From NCBI RefSeq assembly GCF_000092105.1, contig NC_014148.1:1920001-1952000 (forward strand): a stretch of DNA of 32,000 nt, written 5' to 3'. The DNA comes from Planctopirus limnophila DSM 3776 (GTDB lineage: Bacteria; Planctomycetota; Planctomycetia; Planctomycetales; Planctomycetaceae). Each line of letters opens with the position of its first letter. The stretch's first letter is position 1. The position numbers and the translations under genes are program-made. Shown here piece by piece: positions 17,413 to 25,655 of this stretch. The notes under the pieces were generated by a model. It did not search any database. It was given only the letters and a program-made list of their open reading frames with translations, and had not been told where the DNA came from.

Positions 17413-18975
17413 TCAGTTTCGAGTGTTACCAGAAGAAGTACCGGCAGCACTGGCAGCAGCATTAGCTGGTGGTGCAGCTGGCTTTTCGCCCCCTAGAGCC
17501 TGTAGATTTTTGACAGCATCTCCAGGGATGGCCTGCTTCTTGATGGCGGCACGGATGATGGGAATCAACTGCTCATACACTGGTTTGGCCTGTGGGCCTA
17601 AAGTGGAGTTCGCGAGCAATCCGCCGGGGTTTCGTTTCAGTGCGTCGCGATCACTGTCGTCCAAAGGTTGGAAAGCCAGATACAACTTCACGAAAGCTGA
17701 GCGAAGCAACGCTTCATCCTGCGGAGTTGACTGCATTGCCGAAGCGAGTTCTACCCCGAAGTTTGCCAATGATTGAGTGACTTTTGCAGCAGGGACTGAC
17801 GGTTCGTAAGCAATTCGGCCAAGAGCGCGTGCGGCTTCACCACGAACCAGCCAGTTTCGCTTGGGATCATTGAGGATCGACAGCAGAGTGTTCCATAGAT
17901 ACGGCTTTCGCTCGGCACGGTCGTAGATTGTGTCATTAGCCGAGAGAAGTTGAACTAGTCGCATCTGGTACCAGAAATGCGTATCCATGGGGAGGAGTTG
18001 ATCGACTGCCGCCTGGGCAATTTCCGATTTGAGATTGGAATCTGGCTGGCCAACCTTCAGAATTCGATGCAGGCTATTGGCGGCAGCGGTCTTGATGGCT
18101 TCCGGCTGGCTGCTGTCTTTCAGAATTTCCACAAGAGGTTTGGCTGCCGGCGCGTAGGCTTGAATCTGTATACCACCTCGTGGATCGTTCGGGAGAATAT
18201 CGAGTTCACCCAGCAATATGGCAACCTGCAGCCGGACGTAGAAATTGTTGTCAAGAAGTGGCACAGCCTGCTTCACGATCTCATCGCAAAATGCTGTGCG
18301 AAAAGCCCGGATATCATCGGGACGTGTCTTGTTTTTGGCAGCAAACTGCATATCGCGAACAGTCAACTCTTCGCGGAATTTGTGGAGATTTTCGCGATTC
18401 AGTGGATCTGAAAGCTGTGCCAGGCGAAAACGAATTCCGCGTTTCAGCAAGTTTTTGTCGGCTTCACTGGCAAGATCACCATTAGTGATGACTGTGCGGT
18501 ACTTACTCAAATCTCTTTTGAGGTCGTCGAGTTCTTTTTGAGTGGCCAGAGGTTTATCCAGCCTGGTCATCTCCAGAGCCTTGAGTGGTGGTCGATAATC
18601 TGCAGGCAGTTTTTCAGGATCGGGTGGAACCCAATCGCGGTTGTCACGGTCTGAGCCTGGAATCACCTTCGGTACCGCGGATGGCGTCGGTGTAAATGGA
18701 CGCCCACTCATCCCGGGAGCACCATGTGCAGAAGACGAACCACTCCCATGACCTGCAGGTGAACTCTGTCCCGGTCGCGATTTCGTCTTGGGGGCCGCAT
18801 GTTGAGCATCGGCATTGCTCATGCCAGCCAGGCATATGGCCCCGCTCAACAAGACCGCTAGTGCGCTTGCCGAATACTTTCCCTCTGCCGGATGCGAATT
18901 TCGTTTCGGTGGCTGTGACGATGTCGTCATAGGATTTACAGCTGGAAATCTCTGTGGTTGCAGCAGTGGAGACAT
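17413..18975 (-). CDS. Hypothetical secreted or membrane-anchored protein with HEAT/ARM-like helical repeats and Gly/Ser/Pro-rich linkers
   Basis: 520 aa. The signal-like segment is ASALAVLLSGAICLAGMSNADAQ, followed by the low-complexity stretch SRPGQSSPAGHGSGSSSAHGAPGMSGRP. HEAT-like motifs then recur (VRLQVAILLGEL, IKTAAANSLHRIL, VRGEAARALGRIA). The tail is Ala/Pro-rich. I recognised no catalytic motif. Confidence 0.6.
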   Translation of the reverse strand: MSPLLQPQRFPAVNPMTTSSQPPKRNSHPAEGKYSASALAVLLSGAICLAGMSNADAQHAAPKTKSRPGQSSPAGHGSGSSSAHGAPGMSGRPFTPTPSAVPKVIPGSDRDNRDWVPPDPEKLPADYRPPLKALEMTRLDKPLATQKELDDLKRDLSKYRTVITNGDLASEADKNLLKRGIRFRLAQLSDPLNRENLHKFREELTVRDMQFAAKNKTRPDDIRAFRTAFCDEIVKQAVPLLDNNFYVRLQVAILLGELDILPNDPRGGIQIQAYAPAAKPLVEILKDSSQPEAIKTAAANSLHRILKVGQPDSNLKSEIAQAAVDQLLPMDTHFWYQMRLVQLLSANDTIYDRAERKPYLWNTLLSILNDPKRNWLVRGEAARALGRIAYEPSVPAAKVTQSLANFGVELASAMQSTPQDEALLRSAFVKLYLAFQPLDDSDRDALKRNPGGLLANSTLGPQAKPVYEQLIPIIRAAIKKQAIPGDAVKNLQALGGEKPAAPPANAAASAAGTSSGNTRN

Positions 18976-19425
18976 GATTTTATTTTCCGCTCATCAATAG
19001 GGCTCAGAGCTGGAACTGAGAGCCGAGCCAATTTCGCAAGATGTGAGGAATTCAAAGATGTGGTCGGGATGTTTCAGCAAAGAGAGTGTCAAACGGTGAC
19101 GGTACCACGCAGACACCACTCATAAGTTAACTTCTCATGGGACGAAAAGCCAGAACGGTCTGGGGTTCCATTGAGCAAATCTTTCCACGGAAGAGGTTCT
19201 CACTTCTCACTTTATGTACGCCAGCTTACCGGCAGTCCGCGAAGTCGATCCCTCAGATCGACCGGCAGATTTTCTGAAAGGTGCTCTGGATATTCTGACC
19301 TGCCAATTTGGATTGTTCAGGTTTGATCAGCAAAGAGTGTGAAGAATCGATGAAACATGGCGGCCGAACCCGCAGAATCGATTCGGCTGGACATCGAACT
19401 CTGTAAGCTCTGACAAAGAATTCTG

Positions 19426-19442
19426 TCTGGTTGAGAACCAGA
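19426..19442. promoter_or_regulatory. Perfect 7+7 inverted repeat upstream of the Hsp70 gene
   Basis: TCTGGTTgagAACCAGA lies about 50 nt upstream of ATG 19491. It could be an operator dyad or a 5'-UTR hairpin. Confidence 0.2.
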
Positions 19443-19490
19443 TTGCAGTGCCAGATCGAATCCGGGTCCTCAGATAAACGTACAACCATC

Positions 19491-21080
19491 ATGACACAAT
19501 TTGTCGACGGATTGACCGTAGGGATTGACCTCGGAACATCTTCCTCTGGAATCGCGACTTTGGCTGCTGACGGTCAGCCAGTCGTTATCCCGAATTCCGA
19601 TGGTCAAATGATCACACCTTCGGTCGTGGTGATCAATGACAACGGCGAAGTCGTTATCGGCCCGCATGGTGACTGGATCCGCACCGTGAACCCGGATCGG
19701 GTCATTGTGGGGATCAAGCGTCAGATGGGGAATCCCGACTATTCCAAAATCATCGACGGGAATCCGCTGAATGCCGAGTTCTTTTCGGCCCTCATTCTGA
19801 TGAAATTAAAGCAGGATGCAGAGGCCAGACTCGGTGGCCCGGTCACAAATGCAGTGATTACGGTCCCGTATTATTTCAATGATCCCTGCCGCCGAGCCAC
19901 GATGAATGCCGGTCAAATTGCTGGCCTCAACGTGATTGATCTGCTCAATGAACCAACGGCTGCCACCCTCGCCTATGCCTGGCAAAAAGGGGATCTCGGT
20001 AAGCTTCAGTCAGGGGTGCCTGAGAAAGAAAAAACAATCCTTGTCTACGATCTGGGTGGGGGAACATTCGACGTCACTGTTGTGCGTTACTCGGCCATGC
20101 AGTTTCGAGTTCTGGCAACGGATGGAGATACATTTCTCGGTGGTCTCGATTGGACCCGGCGCCTCGTTAACCATATTGCCGAACAATTTCGGCTCAACTA
20201 TCGGCTCGATCCCCGTGATGATGCTCGGGCTCGCCTCGCGTTGACGGATGAATGTGATGAAGTGAAACGGGCACTTTCGGAGTTGCCACAGGCCGCTCTC
20301 GAATTCTCATTCAAAGAAAAAACTCTTAAACCCGTGATCACACGTGCAGAATTTGAAAGACTCACCGCCGATCTTTTGCAGCGAACGCGAGACACCACAG
20401 AATTCGTGCTTGATGGAGTCGGCGTCGCCCCACAGGAACTTGATGAAGTCTTGTTGATCGGTGGCTCGACTTATATGACCGGCGTCAGTGCCATGCTCGA
20501 AAAGCTGTGCGGTCGTGTCCCGGTGCGTGTGCTGGATCCCCAGTTAGCAGTCGCCCAGGGAGCCGCTATTCATGCAGGCATTCTACAGGCCCGCGAAACG
20601 GGTCAAGTGCTTGGGCAAACAGGGACCGTCGTCTCGCGATTAAAATCAGTGGAAGCGGTCGATGTGAATTCCCATTCACTCGGGATTGAGATCACTCCTC
20701 CCGGAGATCGTAACCGCAAGCTCAATCACATCATGATCCCTCGAAACACAGCCCTGCCGTGTGAGTTCAAGCAGCGGTTCGTGACGAACACGCCGAATCC
20801 TGCAGGAATTCTGGTGCGGCTGCTGGAAGGAGAGACGAAGGAGATTGATGGCTGTACCTTTATTGGCGATTTTCGCATCACCGGTCTGCCAGAGAGTCTC
20901 CCTGTAGGTTCACCAGTGGAATTGACTTACCGTTACGATGAAAACCGTCGCATTACAGTGGTTGCCAAAGAACTTACTGGCGGTCGCCAGGCAACCTGCG
21001 AAATCCACTGGAGTTCCAACAGTGAAGCAGGGACTGTTGACCAGATGCAGTCGTTGGTGAACAGCTTTCATGTCGACTAA
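19491..21080 (+). CDS. Atypical Hsp70 family protein lacking the C-terminal helical lid (HscC-like)
   Basis: The track ORF begins at TTG 19431, and the first ATG (19491) gives MTQFVDGLTVGIDLGTSSSGIA. NBD motifs are ITVPYYFNDPCRRATMNAGQIAGLNVIDLLNEPTAATLAYA, VYDLGGGTFDVTVV and LLIGGSTYMTGV. The SBD-beta motifs are VDVNSHSLGIEI and FRITGLPESLPVGSPVELTYRYDENRRITVVAKE. The ORF ends about 25 aa later, with no lid. Confidence 0.9.
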   Translation: MTQFVDGLTVGIDLGTSSSGIATLAADGQPVVIPNSDGQMITPSVVVINDNGEVVIGPHGDWIRTVNPDRVIVGIKRQMGNPDYSKIIDGNPLNAEFFSALILMKLKQDAEARLGGPVTNAVITVPYYFNDPCRRATMNAGQIAGLNVIDLLNEPTAATLAYAWQKGDLGKLQSGVPEKEKTILVYDLGGGTFDVTVVRYSAMQFRVLATDGDTFLGGLDWTRRLVNHIAEQFRLNYRLDPRDDARARLALTDECDEVKRALSELPQAALEFSFKEKTLKPVITRAEFERLTADLLQRTRDTTEFVLDGVGVAPQELDEVLLIGGSTYMTGVSAMLEKLCGRVPVRVLDPQLAVAQGAAIHAGILQARETGQVLGQTGTVVSRLKSVEAVDVNSHSLGIEITPPGDRNRKLNHIMIPRNTALPCEFKQRFVTNTPNPAGILVRLLEGETKEIDGCTFIGDFRITGLPESLPVGSPVELTYRYDENRRITVVAKELTGGRQATCEIHWSSNSEAGTVDQMQSLVNSFHVD

Positions 21081-21442
21081 GGGTGGTCTCACGAGAAAGT
21101 GAGCATGGTGCTGCTGCCTAATCGCCACAACCCATTTGTGCTGGTGATGCCTCCGCCGCGAGCGTTGACAACTTGCCATCAAGCGAGCAGGCATGTTGTC
21201 ACCAGCCGCGCCCACATGCGGAACAGCGATTTTGAAAAGCTTGTGAAGCATCGTCGAGAATTGTTTCACATTCTCTCAAACCAATTGATTAGACTTCGCA
21301 TCTATGTTGCCATTTGCATCAGCGTCCATTTCATGTTTCACCTGTCAAGTTTGGTTTCTTTGGCTCTGACTTGAGCCTGTGGCCATACCTCCTGCTGCTC
21401 CCAAGAAGGTTCCCCTTTTTCTATTTTCAACTGGGAAAACAC

Positions 21443-22435
21443 ATGTCCAGTGATCACCTGGCAGATCCTTCACCCTTCGTCTCGACCGGTCAGTTACCAC
21501 CGATGGAGTCGGTTCAATCATGGGTGAAGCAGGCTCATTCCCGCTACGGCCTCGAAACCTCGGGAGAAAACTCACAGGTTTACCCAGCCTTGGCCCGCGT
21601 GCCGAGCGATTTGTTTGGGATCTCTGTCGTCAGCACTCAGGGAGAAGTCTGCAGTGTCGGAGATTGCGGCTACGGTTTCACGATCATGAGTGTATCCAAG
21701 CCGTTTGTCTTTGCGCTGGTTTGCGAAATCCTCGGTGCCGAATCGATGCAGGAGAAAATTGGAGTCAACGCCACAGGCCAGGCATTTAATTCTTTAGGTG
21801 CAATCGAGCAGGGGAATTCTGGTCGTACCAATCCGATGGTGAATTCGGGAGCCATTGCGACAACAAGCCTGGTGCCAGGCGATAACTTGGATAAGAAGTG
21901 GGATTTTATCTACACAGGACTCTGTCGCTTTGCCGGCAGAGATTTGTCATTAAATGAAGAGGTTTATGCTTCGGCCTCTGCAACGAATCATCGAAATCAA
22001 GGCATTGCCCGATTGCTGGAAAGTTTTGGCCGAATCTATATGGATCCTGCCGAAGCCACGGATCTCTATACCAGGCAATGCTCACTGAATGTCACTGCGA
22101 CCGATTTGGCGATCATGGGAGCGACTTTGGCTGATGGTGGTGTGAATCCTGTGACTAAAGAACGCGTCGTCGATCCTTCCGTCTGCCATTATGCTCTGGC
22201 TGTCATGGCGACAGCAGGTCTCTATGAGACTTCAGGGGACTGGCTATATAGCATTGGCCTTCCCGGAAAAAGTGGGATTGGCGGTGGGATTGTGACTGTT
22301 TCTCCCGGGAAGGGTGGATTAGGTACCTTCTCTCCACGGCTGGATTCAGCGGGAAACAGTGTCAGAGGCCAATTGGCTTCGAAGTTCTTATCTCAAAAAC
22401 TGGGGATGGATCTCTTTCTCTCGAAACCTGTCTGA
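21443..22435 (+). CDS. glsA: Glutaminase A
   Basis: 330 aa from ATG 21443; the track start at 21314 is a TTG with an implausible hydrophobic/aromatic extension. YPALARVPSDLFGISVVSTQGEVCSVGD, the Ser-x-x-Lys motif FTIMSVSKPFVFAL, NPMVNSGAI and LPGKSGIGGGIV are hallmark glutaminase motifs. Confidence 0.9.
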   Translation: MSSDHLADPSPFVSTGQLPPMESVQSWVKQAHSRYGLETSGENSQVYPALARVPSDLFGISVVSTQGEVCSVGDCGYGFTIMSVSKPFVFALVCEILGAESMQEKIGVNATGQAFNSLGAIEQGNSGRTNPMVNSGAIATTSLVPGDNLDKKWDFIYTGLCRFAGRDLSLNEEVYASASATNHRNQGIARLLESFGRIYMDPAEATDLYTRQCSLNVTATDLAIMGATLADGGVNPVTKERVVDPSVCHYALAVMATAGLYETSGDWLYSIGLPGKSGIGGGIVTVSPGKGGLGTFSPRLDSAGNSVRGQLASKFLSQKLGMDLFLSKPV

Positions 22436-22520
22436 CCCGATCGTATTGGGTTTTAATGCGTACTATTAATACGTTCGCCACTGCAACTCCGAGATCAATG
22501 TCTCTCAAAGGAACAGCGCC

Positions 22521-24128
22521 ATGTCAGGACAATCAGCAGCAGGGGAAGTATCTGAGGTGACCGTCAGAGATTCCTGGGTGCCGATGATTGTCATAGCCAT
22601 GGGGCAGGCACTAATGTCTTTTAACGTGGCAGCCATCCCTGTTTCGATGGGAGGGATGATCGCCAGTTTTCAGACACCACCGACCACAGTGGGAACAGCC
22701 ATTGTGCTCTATTCTTTGGGTGTTTCCGGCTTCATTATGCTTGGTGCTCGGTTGGGACAGCGGTTTGGATCGAAGATTTTCTTTCAGGCGTCTGTCACTC
22801 TATTCCTGGTGGCTATGATCGTGATGGTTTCCAGTCCGACGGCTGAAATCATGCTGGCTGCTCAGGCGATGGCAGGCATGGCAGGTGCCGCACTGGTACC
22901 AACGCTGGTCGTGCTGATTGCTGATCATTACCGGGGGGCACAGCAGGCTGAAGCAGTAGGCTGGTTGGGCTCAGCCCGGGCGATCGCTGGTGTTCTGGCG
23001 TTTGTGACCGTCGGGTTTGTCGCGACGATCAACTGGAGGCTGGGATTTGGAATTCTGATCCTGCATGCATGTGCAATCCTCTTTCTCAGTCGAAAACTGA
23101 AACCTTCCACTCCGCGGCCTGAAGTGAAGATTGATATCTTTGGTGTGCTATTATCAGCCACAGCGATCATCATGATCAGCTTTGGTGTGAATAACATTCG
23201 CACATGGGGATTGCTACTGGCAAGTTCTGCAGCTCCTTTTGATATTCTGGGAGTCTCGCCAGCTCTCGTGATGATTACGGTTGGTATCACGATTGGTCTG
23301 GGGTTTCTGGCCTGGACATCCCGTCGCGGAAGCCTTGGCCGTACACCTCTCCTCGCTTTGGAAGTGATGGGATCGCCCCGTGAATGGGCAGCCATCTTTG
23401 CCCTGTTTGTCATTGTGGGTATGGAAGGCGCTATTAACTTTACAGTCCCACTATACATACAAGTTGTCCAGGGAAGCAGCAGTCTGATGACGTCTATGGC
23501 CATGATGCCCTTCATGCTGACGGTCTTCTTTACAGCCATTCTCATCGTCCGGCTCTATCAGAAATTCAGTCCGAGGGTGATTGCACAGGTTGCCTTTACG
23601 ATCGTTTCGTTGGGGACTGGCTGGCTGGCGTTTGTTGTGCAGAACGACTGGAGTGCTTTTCCTGTGGTTCTGGGACTGATCACTATTGGCCTCGGGCAGG
23701 GGGCATTGGTCACGTTATTGTTTAATGTGCTGGTGACATCAGCCCCGAAGTCCATGGCGGCCGATGTCGGGTCATTGCGAGGGGTGACACAGAATCTGGC
23801 TGCTGCCGTCGGGACGGCAGTGGCTGGTGCCATGCTCGTCGGGTTGCTCACGTCGGTCATTCAAATCGAGAAAACCGATAATGCCGTGATCTCGGCCGAA
23901 TTAAAGGATCAGATCAATCTCGGCAATATGAACTTCTTTAGTGATGTCCAGCTTCAAAACCGCTTATCAACCCTTCAGGCAACTCCTGAAGAAATGAAAG
24001 AGGCCCTCGTGATCAATGCTTCGGCTCGCACGCGAGCGATTAAAACCGGTTTTCTTATCCTCTCGGGCCTGGCTTTATTGGCGATCTTTCCTTGTGCCTG
24101 GTTGCCGGGATATCAGGCAAAATCTTAG
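22521..24128 (+). CDS. MFS transporter, 14-TM DHA2 (EmrB/QacA-like) type
   Basis: 535 aa and highly hydrophobic, with about 14 predicted helices. An MFS motif-A-like GARLGQRFGSK follows TM2. ATG at 22521, 85 bp downstream of glsA on the same strand. Confidence 0.85.
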   Translation: MSGQSAAGEVSEVTVRDSWVPMIVIAMGQALMSFNVAAIPVSMGGMIASFQTPPTTVGTAIVLYSLGVSGFIMLGARLGQRFGSKIFFQASVTLFLVAMIVMVSSPTAEIMLAAQAMAGMAGAALVPTLVVLIADHYRGAQQAEAVGWLGSARAIAGVLAFVTVGFVATINWRLGFGILILHACAILFLSRKLKPSTPRPEVKIDIFGVLLSATAIIMISFGVNNIRTWGLLLASSAAPFDILGVSPALVMITVGITIGLGFLAWTSRRGSLGRTPLLALEVMGSPREWAAIFALFVIVGMEGAINFTVPLYIQVVQGSSSLMTSMAMMPFMLTVFFTAILIVRLYQKFSPRVIAQVAFTIVSLGTGWLAFVVQNDWSAFPVVLGLITIGLGQGALVTLLFNVLVTSAPKSMAADVGSLRGVTQNLAAAVGTAVAGAMLVGLLTSVIQIEKTDNAVISAELKDQINLGNMNFFSDVQLQNRLSTLQATPEEMKEALVINASARTRAIKTGFLILSGLALLAIFPCAWLPGYQAKS

Positions 24129-24193
24129 CTATGTGATATCAATTGTGCTGAGACTTGAGTTTCACTGTTCAGAATGTGTTCTCGAAAAAACAA

Positions 24194-24673
24194 TCAGTGC
24201 CAAAATCGTTCTCGCTGCTCACGAGTCAGTTTTTCATATCGATCGGTATCTTCTGCCAATTGATCAAGAAACCTGATGGCGAGTTCCCAGAACATGCTCT
24301 GGCGTTCTTTCTCTGTAAAGAGAACTCTGAGTCGGCGTGAGTAGGATCCAAACATATAGACCTGTGTGTGTCTGGGAACCGCACGGTGATTTGCCAGCAA
24401 AGCCATGTGCTCAATTTCCAAAAGCATGAGATGGAATCTTCGTTCCATGGCCTGGTCAGAGAAATCTCTTACCAGTTCTCCGCGTTCGAGAGCCAGAACA
24501 TTCGTTGCCAGATAGCTATCGCGAGAAAACAGGCGGTCATGTGATTCAATAAAACGTGCCAGATTGGAAATTCGCCTGTTCCGCACCATGACAACAGAAT
24601 TGAGGATGAATACGAGCAGTGCGGTCAGCGCCGCCATGACTGTCGCATAATCTCGTAAAGTGCTGGAATCCAT
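24194..24673 (-). CDS. Hypothetical protein with a single N-terminal TM helix and a helical charged domain
   Basis: 159 aa, ATG confirmed at 24671..24673. The TM helix is YATVMAALTALLVFILNSVVMV, and the remainder is soluble and rich in R/E/L. I recognised no family. It is convergent with the MFS gene and separated from the upstream operon by a strong terminator. Confidence 0.55.
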   Translation of the reverse strand: MDSSTLRDYATVMAALTALLVFILNSVVMVRNRRISNLARFIESHDRLFSRDSYLATNVLALERGELVRDFSDQAMERRFHLMLLEIEHMALLANHRAVPRHTQVYMFGSYSRRLRVLFTEKERQSMFWELAIRFLDQLAEDTDRYEKLTREQRERFWH

Positions 24674-24805
24674 GTCAACCTTCCCTTGATTTTCGAATTA
24701 AGAAGGGTTGTCGATGATGATCCTGTTCACGCTTATCATTACAGGATCAGTTTTCTCTTGATCATATCGCGGTGTCTGTCGAGATGATTATGAGAAACCA
24801 GGGCG

Positions 24806-24850
24806 AATAAAAAGAGCCACGTCGCAGAGGTAGACGCTCGGCGACGTGGC
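24806..24850 (-). terminator. Rho-independent terminator downstream of the DUF1269 gene
   Basis: A perfect 10-bp stem, GCCACGTCGC (24816..24825) with GCGACGTGGC (24841..24850), encloses a 15-nt loop. On the minus strand the stem is followed by UCUUUUUAUU (the complement of 24806..24815). It lies about 100 nt after the stop at 24948. Confidence 0.75.
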
Positions 24851-24947
24851 ATGAAGATGTCAGACTCAGTTTCGAGATCGCAGGACGAGGGAAGCTCTGG
24901 TTATACGGTCTCTCCTCGAAGACTACGTCTTGTTTAAGATTTGCAGG

Positions 24948-25442
24948 TTATTGGCCTGATGCAGCAGCCAGACCTGCCCGGAGTTTCTCTTCGCTTTCAT
25001 GCGACAGGCTGGTTTGCAGCAGAGTGCCACCAAACTTTTCGACTTCAGCCAGTACTTTATCAGCCGTCATGTGCCGAATCAGTACGAAGAGGGCTGCACT
25101 TCCTGGCTTGAGAGTTTCAGCCAGTTGCTTCATGAAGCCATCGTTAATACCCACATCGGTCAAAGATCCCGACAACGCACCAGCACCAGCACCGACTGCC
25201 AGACCGAATAAAGGATTGAGGAAAATCATCCCGACCAGAGTTCCCCAGAATCCACCACTGATGGCACCGGCTGCGGTCAGATCATACATCTGACGCAGCT
25301 TGACCTTACCTTGATCGTCACGGACTGCCACCACTGCATCGGCCAGATCAACCAGATATTCCTTCTGCATTTTCAGAAGGGCTAAACGCACTTCTTCAGC
25401 TTTCAGTTCGTCGTCGTAGCCAATTACTACTAATGATGCCAT
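24948..25442 (-). CDS. DUF1269 domain-containing membrane protein (COG4803)
   Basis: 164 aa. MASLVVIGYDDELKAEEVRLALLKMQKEYLVDLADAVVAVRDDQGKVKL is followed by the Gly-rich membrane segment AGAISGGFWGTLVGMIFLNPLFGLAVGAGAGALSGSL. It then continues GINDGFMKQLAETLKPGSAALFVL...LQTSLSHESEEKLR. This matches the DUF1269 family pattern as I remember it. Confidence 0.8.
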   Translation of the reverse strand: MASLVVIGYDDELKAEEVRLALLKMQKEYLVDLADAVVAVRDDQGKVKLRQMYDLTAAGAISGGFWGTLVGMIFLNPLFGLAVGAGAGALSGSLTDVGINDGFMKQLAETLKPGSAALFVLIRHMTADKVLAEVEKFGGTLLQTSLSHESEEKLRAGLAAASGQ

Positions 25443-25477
25443 TGATGTTCTCCAGGTTTTCAGTCAGTTACTCGGTC

Positions 25478-25496
25478 AATTCGCCAAAGGCGAATT
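25478..25496. promoter_or_regulatory. Perfect 8+8 inverted repeat in the leader of the DUF1269 gene
   Basis: AATTCGCCaaaGGCGAATT lies 36-54 nt upstream of ATG 25442. No U-tract follows it on the minus strand, so it is not a classical terminator. Confidence 0.2.
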
Positions 25497-25655
25497 CATG
25501 CCATTGATCATTACTCATCCCGGCGTGGCGTTAAGCCGCTTCTCAGCAGTGTGGAGAGAAGATTTTGAAAAGACAAGCCGCGTGAGCATGATGGATTAAG
25601 AATCGTTCACCTTTCAGGGGAAGCGAACTCGTCAATCGATTTCGTCAACGTGTTG

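Noticed and set aside
21099-21374. 91-aa ORF (and the antisense 119-aa ORF 20910..21269) between Hsp70 and glsA, checked as a possible J-domain or co-chaperone
   Set aside because: There is no HPD motif or other recognisable feature. The composition is His/Arg-rich or hydrophobic, and the minus ORF overlaps the Hsp70 3' end. It is probably non-coding spacer.
22928-23545. 205-aa minus-strand ORF
   Set aside because: It is antisense to the MFS transporter. The translation is Arg/Pro/Thr-rich with no membrane or enzyme motif.
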